20,000 nucleotides of DNA from Chromera velia (GCA_018398765.1 JAHBMJ010000333.1:110749-130748), one strand, 5' to 3'; numbered from the stretch's first letter, positions 1 to 10,806 are shown. Program-made: numbers and translations. Notes: a model not told the origin generated them from the sequence alone.

Positions 1-1506
1 TTTTTCGGGTGAGCGCGGGGGGGGATGGGACTTTGTGACAGATGATTCGCATAATCGAGACGCCAATTTGAATCCATGGCTGTCTGTACGCGCTGTCTGG
101 AACCTCTTCATATCTTTGTCTGTCAGGGTAGAATGTACTACTAGAGGTTGAGGGATGATGTTTCAGTTCTATCTGTATATATGTAGATGTACCGTGATTC
201 TGCAAAGGACGATTTGAAAGACCTGGCGTGCACATGAGAAAACATTGGGCTCACGTCTGTGAGTGTGTGTGTGTCTACGTGGGTCTCTGTGTGCACGCCT
301 GCTCATCGGTTCCTTACTTTGCTTTGCGTTTGAATTTGCGCGCCGTTGCTGTAGAAGGCAGGGCTGAAAGAAAAAGAGGAAAAGATGTACAAATGTCGTT
401 CCAGGTCTATTGTGCATGCTGTAATGCACCACACACACTAGACATGAGTGCACATTCTTTTGTATGCAATTTTCAACGTGCACAAGTGCATGACTGATCG
501 ATCGAAAAAACGGATTGAAACGGTCATTACAAATGGTCGAAGAGATTGGAACGAAAAAGATTGTCCCTCACGTTTGCGCGCTTGCACGGAACAATCATTG
601 CATGCAGCTTCATGGACAGCATCGGCTTCACGACCCAGGACGTGGAGGTCTGCGCTGACAAAAAAACGAACAAGAAATTTTACTTCGACTTCGGCCAGGT
701 GAGGGCCAAATGAAGAGAAGAGGCACTGGACGGACAAACGAAGCTGCCAAGCCGTTCAAGGGCGTCTGGGTTTCCTTTTGACAAGAGATTGTCTGCTTGA
801 TCTTAAAGAGAAGTGAAGGCGACACACGCACATTGAATTCAAACAAAAACACATCGGCACGGAGTTTGCGCATTGCACATACACAAACGCGCATAAGTAA
901 AAGCCGAAGCAACCGATGGGTGCGTGTCCCTTCCTCGGCGAGTGTCCCACAACACAACGTACACCTCAGCAAAATGGAGCATCCTTTACGGAATCCAACT
1001 TTGTGCTGCCCTGAGCACCCCTTCGTTTGAAAACTGTCCTCTACAACGTCTTTAACTCAATTGACTGACCAGATTCCTGGCTGGATCGCTTGCTTCCCTA
1101 GTTGCTTCCAGTCTGAGGCAATGTCATACCAGTGTCATGCATTACAATTAGGCCTCAAGGCAAGCTTAATTCTGGTGGTTGAGACCACGGCCGAGATTTT
1201 ATCTCAAACATACCCCTGCAACTGAACACCCAAAAAAGCGACCCAATTAAACGCCCAATACACTACAGTCTATGCATACTACAACTGCTAAGGTTGTAGG
1301 CCTAAACACTATGTAATTAATCCTGTCCTAGATCCTGTTTAGAATCCTGTCTGTGAATGACACTGAATGTCACTAGCTTGGAAAATTGATTGAATTAATT
1401 TTGTACTAAATTTGATGCTATAGATGCTAGCATAAATATGTTATATATATTGTCTAAGTTATTAAAAATTGAAATTAATTCTAGAATTAATATACAGAAA
1501 TTAATT

Positions 1507-1714
1507 AATTCTAGACTTGATCCCCATACATAAAAAAAAAATTAATAATTTTAGGCTAAAAACTGAATTAGTTTTTTTATTTTTGTACGTCAGCTGGGCT
1601 TTGAGCTTCGAACTTAAAGTGCCTGCTTCAAAAAAATAAATAAAAAAATAAAAAGTAAAAATAATTTTGGGCAATTAACTTTTTTATTTTTTTACGTATG
1701 GGGAGCCTAGAATT
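1507..1714. mobile_element. Degenerate MITE-like inverted-repeat element
   Basis: aattctag..tccccatacataaaaaaa (1507-1538) is the inverted counterpart of tttttttacgtatgggga.gcctagaatt (1687-1714); A/T tracts are mirrored internally. Confidence 0.55.
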
Positions 1715-1740
1715 GATTTAATTAAATCTAGAATTAAATA

Positions 1741-2146
1741 TACCAACCGCAACTCAATTGGGCACAATTACGATTGTGATTGCAAATGTGAAAAATATTT
1801 TTATCGCGTAAACAGTCTTTTAAGACTTGCGATATATTTCTGATAATATTTGTAAAGTGTGTACAAATTTTCAAGTCCGTACGCACCACCGATTACGTTT
1901 GCGAAAAATATGAAAATTCAAAGTCATGATTCGTTTTCCGGGGCCGCCCGACTTTGAATTTTCATATTTTTTGCAAACGTAATCGGTTACGCGTACAAAC
2001 TTGAAAATTTGTACAGACTTTATAAATATTATCAGAAACATGTTACAAGTCTAAAAAAACTGTTTCCGCAATAAAAATATTTTTTATATTTGCAATCGCA
2101 ATCGTAATTGGCTGTATGGATTTGCTAAATTGAGTTGCGCTTGGTA
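1741..2146. mobile_element. Foldback / MITE-like element with ~185-bp inverted arms and a 24-nt spacer
   Basis: Arms at 1741-1925 and 1950-2146 are reverse complements (~88% identity by hand count over 1765-1925). Ends are TA|TACCAA...TTGGTA|TA. No ORF. Confidence 0.85.
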
Positions 2147-2229
2147 TATAGCTAGCTAGCTATCAAGCTAACCTGTAAATCTGGTTGAATTTTATATAGT
2201 AACATTGCAGTTAAAGAAATTGACTTATC

Positions 2230-2582
2230 GATCATCTAGGTGTCGGTCGGCGTAGATGGGCTAATTAAAAACAGAAAAAAAAAGAAAAAAACTAAGCGAT
2301 CATGCAGAGGAAATCTTTTTTTATGTAAGCCGACCTCCGGCAGTGGACCGCGAGCAAAACCCGGAACACATGGCATCAATACTATGCTATGCTTCTTTTC
2401 TTTTTTACCTTTTCCCCTTAAACAACAGTTAACAACACTTGTGCAACACATGAACAACACTTGCCAGTGTGCAACAACAACAGTTGCCTGACTAAAAAAT
2501 TAAGAAAGAAAAAAAAGAAAAAAAGTAAAGGACTAATTGTAGGGAATCTTTTTTTTTTTCTTTAGCCGACGCCTAGCCGATC
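2230..2582. mobile_element. Possible third degenerate inverted-repeat element
   Basis: gatcatctaggtgtcgg (2230-2246) matches the reverse complement of ccgacgcctagccgatc (2566-2582) at 14/17; mirrored A and T tracts inside. Confidence 0.4.
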
Positions 2583-2669
2583 ATATGTATGTTAATAACA
2601 ATGTTATTAATAATTTTAACTGTTTGCGACTAGGTTTGCGATTACCATGCAGATGCGTCCTCATTCCAT

Positions 2670-5128
2670 TCAACGATGAGAATATTCTTTCGTTTCCCCT
2701 GCCATCACTGCCCGAAGTCTCTGTTCAACAGAGCGAAGACGGGCGAGGAACTCAAAATCCTCCTCCGTTGCCCTTCGATCCCGCCTGCTTCCTCCTCCCA
2801 ACTCTGTAACAGCAGCAGCAGCAGCAGCAGAGTCCCTCGAGACGACTGGCCTGCTTGCCTCACTTTGGGCAACCGCCAGACCTCCGAACGAGGGAAGGGG
2901 TGCGACACCCCTCGCATTCACTCTGTGCGGGGAAGAATGAAAATCAACGCCCATCTGTCCGACAGAAGGGACCTGAACAGGCACACGAGCCATAACCCCG
3001 ACTCTTTCCACGACGCCCTCTTGCTCGAACATCTTTCTATGAGGGGCTGTCAGTCGACGCTCGGTTGAAGAGACCTGCCCAAAAACATCACCCCTGTCTC
3101 TTGCCTCTGCAGAAAAGGGAACGTCAGGGAGAGCCCCCAGATCAGGAGGAGCGACACCGACTTCCCGGAGACCCTCACCCACCCTCACACCAAGAGACAA
3201 GTTCGGCTCTCGAAGGGAAGGAAACTTGCCTGTAAGTCCATCGGGAGCAGAAGATGCAGACTGAGGAGGGGGAAGACCATCTCCTTTCCTGCAGGAGGAG
3301 ATGACTGCCCCGTTACGCCCTCCGTCCTCTGCTGAGTCTACGATCTTTCCGGGACACCCTTCTCCTTTCTCCTTCCTTCCTACTGAAAGGGAGAAGGAGA
3401 AGGCAGGGGAGGATCCCGCACTTCTCTCTGCTCCTTTCTCCATCCCTTCTTCTCGAGCACATCTGCCCTCCCTGTCACTCTCTGACCGTCTCGGCCTGCT
3501 ACCCGCATTCAGAGACAACGGCACAGGCAGGGGGGCCTGTTTGTGGGTTCCTGCGAGGGGGTTGTCTCCAGACCGTGCAGGGGGATGAACAGGCTTCCCC
3601 CTTTCTCTTTCTCTTTCTGTACAGGGGGGAAGGGCTGCAAGGGATGAGGGCAAGGGAGAAACGGGACCTTTTCTTGTATCGTCTTCCCAAGTGTTTTCGT
3701 TCAAGCGGGGGGGCTCTGTAAAGGGGTCTGTGGGGGTCTCGGGGGGAGTCTTGTCTGTGTCTGATTGCGCAAGGGAGAGAGACGGACGAGGCTGCCGGGG
3801 CCTCGGGCCTTCTCCGTCACTGCCGGGGCCCTTTTGGACCTGCCTTGCATCCCTTGAGCGGGAGTCGGAGTCCCTTGTTAGAGGGTGAAAGCTTTCTGTG
3901 TGGACGGCAGGGGCCACAATTGCACCCAGAGATGGAGGCTGTGGCTGGGGGCAAGGGACATCTCCTAATGACTTCAGGCTCAAAGGTTCGCGTTTCTCCC
4001 TCCCCCACAACGAAGAATGATCCACTCTCTTCTCTCTCTTCTTCTCCTGGCTGTCAAGATCTGGAGCTACTGCTCTATCGTTTGGAACCTCAGAAGGAGG
4101 GTGCACGTGGAGCCTTGGTGGCTGTGCTTGTTCGGAAGGGAGGGTGTCCTCATTTGTTCGGGAAGGGAGGGCAATGTGGACAGGATCCTCCTCTTCCTTT
4201 CCCTCTTCCACCCCACGCTCTCTTTCTCTCTCGCCGTCCCCCCCCGTTAGGGGGTCTGTTGGACCCGGGCTGGCTGCAGAGAGGAGGGGGGAGAGAAGAA
4301 GACCCCCAAAGGCAGAAGAACGGGAAGGAGGAACGGGAGACGGAAAGGGACGGTGGAACCCTCCCACACCCAAACTCGCACGCACGCTTTCCGGGACTGT
4401 GTTTATATTCGAATGAAAACGATGTCTCAGTGCCCCCATACGTCTGGCAATTTGGCTCTCTCTCTCACGCGAAGATCCTGAAGGGAGAGATCGGCTTCGA
4501 TTGTGTCGGTCCTTTTCCGCAGTGCTCATGCGCAAATCTGCCTCTTGGGACCGTCGAGCATCGTCACATGTATAAGTTTCATTCCTTTGCAGAGAACTCT
4601 CCAAAGTTTCTGGAGAGAGAGGATGCCGCATCTGGCTTGTGCGTGTGAAGGTCTGTTCGTTCCGCGATGGGGAGGGAAGGGGCGGCACAGGGGGAGCTAT
4701 TCGGTCAGGAGAGATGGCCCTCCTCTGAGGGGATAGAGCGGAAGGGGAGGGGGAAAGGTCTTCTCGGAGTTCTCTGCCTTCTCCGAGATTGACTGCGTGA
4801 GATTCGGGAAGAAAGTGGGGTGGCATGGTGGTGTGTGTAGTTCGTGCTTTTGCACCGTCCTCACCTGTTCTCCCCGTCTGTACGAACTGAGAACGCTGCA
4901 CTGCCTCTACAAGACTTCCACCACTTGCCAGAGGACCACCCCTGCCTCCGTCCACTGCAAAAGGAGACGGACTGCTTTCCTCCGTGCCTCCAACAAGCAC
5001 ACGGTGCATGGAAGAGCGAGGAGACGGAGAAAGGAGACGGGAATCCCCGGGCCGACTCTGCCTGAAGGATGCTGCTGCGGCTTCTCCATTTGATAGCCTC
5101 TGTGCTCCGTCGCCTACTTTGGAAGTCT
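2670..5128 (-). CDS. Hypothetical protein, last exon (includes the 779-aa ORF)
   Basis: 2.46-kb open frame; acceptor ccacgCAG at 5131-5129 is in phase with the previous exon; TGA at 2672-2670. Confidence 0.85.
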
Positions 5129-5191
5129 CTGCGTGGTTGTATGAAGATTCAATCAGTCGGTCGGTCGGTCGGTCAGTTAGTCACTCACACC

Positions 5192-5233
<42 letters not shown>

Positions 5234-6499
5234 CACACACACGCACACATACAGAGAGAGAGAGAGAGAGAGAGAGAGGAAAGGACAAGACCCGGAGAAG
5301 AACAATTGATCGTCCAGAGAGCTGCACGGATACTCAGGAAAACGTGATCGACTCTGTAAAAGAGTGAATCCGGACAAGATCAGTCACTCCTTCAGTCAGT
5401 CAGTAAGCCAGAGAAGTTCGCAGGAGAGACAACAGAGGACGTCAGCAGGGCCCAGACCAGAAGCGCAAAAGGAGATAGACAGACTGTTTCAATTGCTATG
5501 TTCAGTGTGCCAACCAACCAACCCACCCACCCCTCCACTGACCCTGTACAATTTCCTCCTCCAGGATATGCGACCGTCGGCGCCAAGCACGCGCCGACGC
5601 CTCTGCCAGAAGAAGCCTGAGGGCCAACCTCACGTTCATGCTGCAAATCAAAAGACATGTAGGGCCGAATAGTGCACTTGTCGGAGATACCACTTAGTTC
5701 ACCTTCGCATGCATCTCAGCAATCCCCTGACCGGCAAAGTTGACCGGAAAAGAGAGCCAGGATACATGAACACGCACGCGCACAATCAAATTTGTGGGAA
5801 CAAACGAATGCCGGGTCGGACGGTGTCCCAAGAAACCCATGCACGAATTCAGCGTCTTCCCACCAATCTCTGTTTGCAAAAGCATACCTCTCGAAATTCC
5901 ATCAAGTCCAAAGACATCGTCTCGAACGAAAAGAAACACTTCTCGTGTATCCGCTTCTTTTTTGGAGCTGCGCCCGACTGACCTCTGAACCCTCTCGGCT
6001 TCTCTCGTCTTCTCCTCGAGCGCTGCGATTTGGGCATCCAGTCTCTGCTCGAATTAATGGAGCAAAATCAAGAACACGCGGCACTTTTTTGAAACCATGC
6101 GCATTGATTGAAATCAGGGCATGCAACCCCCCCAAAAAGACAGACAGTTGAAAGAAACACAGTTCGAGCTCCTGGTCCGTTCTCCAAGCCAGAGTCTCTG
6201 GAGACGGTGCGCAGACTGGACTATGGGGAGGGAGGAGTGAACGACTGGTTGCAAAGGACAACAGGACCTCCCCAACATTCTCCCCACAAAGTCGCAAAGC
6301 CAATAGACACACACAGAGTCAGTAAGACAGATAGACGGTAACGCAGTCAGCCAGGCAGCCAGTCAGTCATTTAGACTTAACAAGCCGACACTGAAATACC
6401 CGCGCACACCTACTCGCATACACACTCACTCAGTGACCCACTAACTCACTCGTGCACGCACGAACACGTACACAAAGATCGATACACACACACACACGC

Positions 6500-6544
<45 letters not shown>

Positions 6545-7124
6545 CAAAGATGACGCACGGACCCGTTGCATGTCCTCCAAGAACAGTGCGCGTGTCCGCT
6601 GCTCCCCCTCCCACTTCTCTGCCCATTCAGCATTCGCCTTCTCTGCCCGACCGATCCTGTACTCTGACAGCGCACGCTCGTCCGCCCACTGCCGTTCCCG
6701 CACCCGTGCTGAGGACTGCGCACAGGGGGGGAAGGAAAGCAACCGGGTGCCGCAGACGGCATGAATGTGAAGGTGTGTGCACTTGAACCACTTTCGATGA
6801 TCTCTCTGCCTGTCTGGCGGCAAGAGACGGATAAGAACAAGGGCTTTTTTCTCTAGTCTCCCTCCACCCACGCAATGAAGACGGAGACTCGGCGGTCTTT
6901 TAGAAGTAGGGGAGCGGACTCGGATGGAGCCGTGGAGTGGAGGGAGGGATCCCGGAGAAGGCCGAACGTAACAACGGATTTCAACTTGTAGGGAGCGAGA
7001 GATGGAAAAAGGGAGGTGCACAAAGAGCATGACAGGTACACCCAGGAGGGCAGAAAAGCAACCATGTCGTTAAGCATCATGTCTGAATGCACGCAGCCAG
7101 ACCGACCGTCGCCCAAACGGAGAA

Positions 7125-7155
<31 letters not shown>

Positions 7156-8200
7156 CTGACTGACTGACTGACTGACTGACTGACTGACTGACAGACCTCA
7201 AACATTTCCATCCGATCTCGGAGAGCGGTGACGATTCGCATCAGCTGCATCACATCGTCCATCAGCCATCGGTTCGGATCCAGGGAAGGAAAGAAGAGAG
7301 AGCGACAGATGAGCAACTGGATGGAGAAGGAAGAACGTTAAGCAGGGACGAAAAACATTCAAGCAGAGAGATCGATTCCTAGATGCGACGTACAGATGCA
7401 GGAAGTCAGACCAAAGAAAATCAACAGAACGGCCTGCCTCCTTTTCTGGCTGGACGGAATGATTCTTTCAATGGAATTAAGGTTACAGTTCCACTGACCC
7501 GCAGACATTCATCCAGCTCTGCTGCCTTCAGGATGGACGTCTTCGCATGAGCTTCCAACTGAGATTCCTTCCCTCTTCCCGTCTCTGCTGGGAGGGCCAC
7601 AGGCACAGGAGAAGGGGAGGGGGGGGGACGGGGTGCCTCGGCCAGATGGTCGGAGGCGGCGGTTGCCTTGTGCCTCCGCAAGGCCTTCGCGTGCTCTACA
7701 GCCTCACGTGCGGCTGCTCTCCTCTGACGAGAAGGGCTTGTCCTCGTCTTCGCGCGGGTGAGAGTATTCAGCTTTGGTGGTTCCTCTGCTATCGTGCTGG
7801 GAGGGCGCGAGAACACTATCGGCCTGAGTGAACTACCCTGCCGACCTGTTGCAGAAGCAGCCTTTGATTTGATGCGGAATTCGACTCTTTGGGCCTCTTC
7901 GCTTTCACTTTCTGCCCTCCTTGCAGCCTCCTTCTGTTGCCGTGCAATCTTTTGCGGATCTGTTCGGAAGAGCAGTCGCTGTTGGTCCACAGAGGGAAGG
8001 AGGGCGCGGGGGTCCGACATGGAACGGGGAGGGACGTAGACCTGATGGGAGACGGCCTGGGCAGGTCTGCTTTCGGGGGCGTGTGCTTTTTTGGACTCAG
8101 TCTGTGCCGCTCTGTGAGACTGCGACTGGTGAGGTACGCCTTCGACGGTGCGGCTTGCCTTTCTGTGCTCACCGTGAAGGGCTGCGTAAGAGGTCTGCAT
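2670..8200 (-). CDS. Hypothetical protein, ~1197 aa, with a central predicted coiled coil and long Pro/Ser/Arg-rich disordered flanks; complement(join(2670..5128,5543..5640,5983..6044,6563..6715,7197..7316,7499..8200))
   Basis: Six exons joined at GT..CAG introns with matching phases (0,0,0,2,1); 3594 nt = 1198 codons. The spliced centre reads as a continuous helical segment (...[16 protein letters not shown]...[29 protein letters not shown]...[65 protein letters not shown]...). ATG 8200 is the first ATG after an in-frame stop. Extra small exons or a different start cannot be excluded. Confidence 0.75.
5152..5279. repeat. (GTCG/GTCA)n + (CA)n + (AG)n compound microsatellite in the last intron of the minus-strand gene
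   Basis: Directly visible. Confidence 0.9.
5543..5640 (-). CDS. Hypothetical protein, exon 5
   Basis: Acceptor atttgCAG; (S)[32 protein letters not shown]; donor GTCAGT. Confidence 0.75.
5983..6044 (-). CDS. Hypothetical protein, exon 4
   Basis: Acceptor gag[23 protein letters not shown]; donor GTCAGT. Confidence 0.75.
6484..6540. repeat. (CA)n microsatellite
   Basis: Directly visible, intronic. Confidence 0.9.
6563..6715 (-). CDS. Hypothetical protein, exon 3
   Basis: Acceptor gcg[54 protein letters not shown]; donor GTCCGT. Confidence 0.75.
7125..7196. repeat. (AG)n + (GACT)n microsatellite abutting a minus-strand splice donor
   Basis: On the minus strand it reads GTCTGTCAGTCAGTCAG... 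from the donor at 7196. Confidence 0.9.
7197..7316 (-). CDS. Hypothetical protein, exon 2
   Basis: Acceptor ccatc[43 protein letters not shown]; donor GTCTGT. Confidence 0.72.
7499..8200 (-). CDS. Hypothetical protein, exon 1
   Basis: Within ORF 7421..8314; [11 protein letters not shown]...AAELDECLR; donor GTCAGT at 7498. Confidence 0.75.
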
Positions 8201-9151
8201 AACGGCAAAGGGAGTGTCCAGGGGGGAGGCAAAAACCACAAAATGATGCGAAGGTGCAGCAACCAGACGCCTCCGCCTTCCTTCAAGCGTAGGGAAGGAT
8301 GCGAAATTTGGCACTTCGGAAAAATTCAGTTGAGAAGACTTTGCGAATTAGCCCAGGTGATGAAGACCTGCGCTTAGCTTTGGGGTAGTTCACTTGGCTT
8401 GGTCGGCTGTTTCAAGGAATTCACAACGGTCTGCAGGTTTCGGATGAACAACGGTGAGCCCTGGCACGTCCACGGAACTGCTATCATGAGACACACCGAT
8501 TGTTTTCGTGCATGAATTCAAGTCTTTGGAGGCTATGACGGTTTCCGCACGATCAGATGAACGGAAAAAATGGGTCTGCGACTTCGCTGTCTCTTCGATC
8601 GAGATCTCTCAGACTCTCTGGAACTGATCGAAGGAAGGAAGACGTGTTGGAAGAAGGCAGCAGCATGGCAGCAGCTATCTAATATATGGTAAGGCATGGT
8701 ACATCATGGCAAGGCATCCTTTGCATGGTGGCGCGTTGTACATGCATGCAATCTCTGCATGAATGGCCCCGAAAAGTGAAAACTGCGCGCTTTCATGAGC
8801 GCATGGGGCACTCGCGCTGCCATGATGCTTTCCATTGCTTTCCCGTCTCCTAAGAACCCTTCCCTTTCTCTAACAAAACAGGGTTTTGCAGAAGGAAGGT
8901 GGAAGATGGGAGCGTGCGTTGAGTTTCATGAATGCCGAAATTTCTCTCTGTTCTGACACTCTGTCCGCGAATCTCTGGTACCGTGCTTTGATATTTCCTG
9001 AGCTCTGTCCGCAGTGTGACTGTCCAGCTGTAGTCAGTTAGTCAGTCTCTGTCAGCCTGAAATTTGGTCCTGCGATTCAGTTCACGTCGTTCTTTGTCGT
9101 CACAGTCCGCTGGGAGAGTGACTCGCCATACTCCGCTCTCTCCTGTAGTCG
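8201..9151. promoter_or_regulatory. Divergent (bidirectional) promoter and 5'UTR spacer, with TGCATGCA (8743-8750) inside a CATG cluster
   Basis: Lies between two oppositely oriented ATGs; about 10 CATG tetramers in 8660-8825; TGCATGCA is a known ApiAP2-bound motif in apicomplexans. Confidence 0.55.
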
Positions 9152-9578
9152 ATGGCCGAGTGCGAGGCTGCCCCAGCGCACAATGGGGGGGCAAAGGGGG
9201 TCGAGGAGACGAATGGCGAAAATGGCGTAGGCATGGAGTCAAGCACTACAGACGCGTGCAGTTCGAGCGTCGCTTCAGAGGCCGGCACAGTGGCTAATGG
9301 AGGACTTACCCACAGCAATGGATCCATCCAGCATCTGCAGCAGCAGATGGAGGAGGACAGTCTGGACGATGACCAGGCGAAGGAAATTAAGAAGAGAGCA
9401 GATAAGCACAAAGAAGAAGGGAATGTACTGTTCAAGGCGGGGCACTACGTGGAAGCCTCAGAAGAGTACACGTCCGCAATTTTGATTTGCACGGAGCATG
9501 AGAATGATATTCTGAAAGCAGATCTTCACATATACTTCTCAAATCGGGCCTTCTGCCAACTGCGATTAGAGAACTTTG
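9152..9578 (+). CDS. PP5: PP5 exon 1 (low-complexity N-terminal extension, TPR1 and start of TPR2)
   Basis: ATG at 9152, open frame to ...LRLENF-G, donor GTCAGT at 9579. Confidence 0.9.
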
Positions 9579-10761
9579 GTCAGTCAGTCTGTCCTGTCAG
9601 ACAGTCGCATAGACGTACTGCGTTCTGCACACTCAGACGGCCTCTCAGTCTGCGCACTGATTCTCTTCTGAAGTCTTCTCTTTACCCTTTTCTGATGAAA
9701 ATATTCTGGCAGTCAACCAGCGGTTCGTTTGCCTTTCTGATCCGTTGCCTCTCTGCTTGCTCGCCCTGCACCCCCTGTCTTCTTGTGTCGGCAGCGTTGG
9801 GTATTGAAGTCTTTCATTGAAGCCCGGGTGCCTGAAAACCCTCTGTTCCGATCCAGATTGTGAAAAAAAAAGTCGCGTCTTCCGTTCTAAAAAGAATTTC
9901 ACTTTTCTGTTGGTCACTCAATTGATTCGCGTCCCTCCTCTCGTTCTGCTGACGACATCGCTGCATTGAAATGAATCGAGTGACTGACTGCCTGCAGGTT
10001 CGTGCATAGTGGATGCCGAAAGGGCGCTGCAGGTGAAGCCCTCCTTCACGAAGGCCGCGTACAGGAGGGGGTGCGCGTACATGCTGTTAAGCAAGTGGAA
10101 GTTGGCATCAAAAGGTGAGGTTAGATGAGATGAGGAGACGATTCAAGGCGGATGTCAGAATCGATGGCAGAAAGGAAAGCCTTTATGGGTGTCTCATCCA
10201 TTTGAAAAAGAATGAATGGAAGAGGGACGGGGGGTTTCCGTCCATCAAGGGAGGCAAGAAGTGAGTCCTCAGGCTTTCCTTTTCTTCTAATTCCCCCCCC
10301 CCACCTCGTTTTGGTGCATTCCTGCAATGCAGACAATGACATCCAAGTGCACCCGATGTGAAATGTTCATTTGTTCTTCTTGTGACTGCTGCAGACTTCA
10401 CAACCGTTTTCAATGCCACCAAGGACAAGGATGCAGAGTTGAAGATGAAGGAGTGCCAGAAGATGATCAAGCAACAAAAGTTTGCAGAAGCAATTCGGAT
10501 GGGTCGGTCGGTCGATCTCAGAGGCTGTGTCTCTTTGCTGCTATCAATGCAAGCGGAACGAAAATGAATGCTACAAGTGGACTAGTGTGCTTACGTAGAA
10601 TGTCTTCCCTCACGCTTTGTACCCACACCTTTGGAGAAATTTGAATCAGTCAGTCGGCGCAGTTGGCTAGTGCAGGTGTCATTCATTCAAGGATCAAGCC
10701 GGCCAGACCGCCTGCTATTCCATTTTTTGTGTGTGTGCGTTCGTGTGTGTGCGTGTGCGCG

Positions 10762-10806
<45 letters not shown>

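Noticed and set aside
1..1030. Possible multi-exon minus-strand gene or pseudogene (several CAG/GT-bounded segments)
   Set aside because: No phase-consistent model could be assembled and no protein motif was recognised
3845..4648. 267-aa plus-strand ORF and other antisense ORFs over the large minus-strand exons
   Set aside because: Shadow ORFs of GC-rich coding sequence with no independent support
6140..6215. Extra exon ([18 protein letters not shown]) in the minus-strand gene
   Set aside because: No convincing phase-0 donor; exons 3 and 4 join in frame without it
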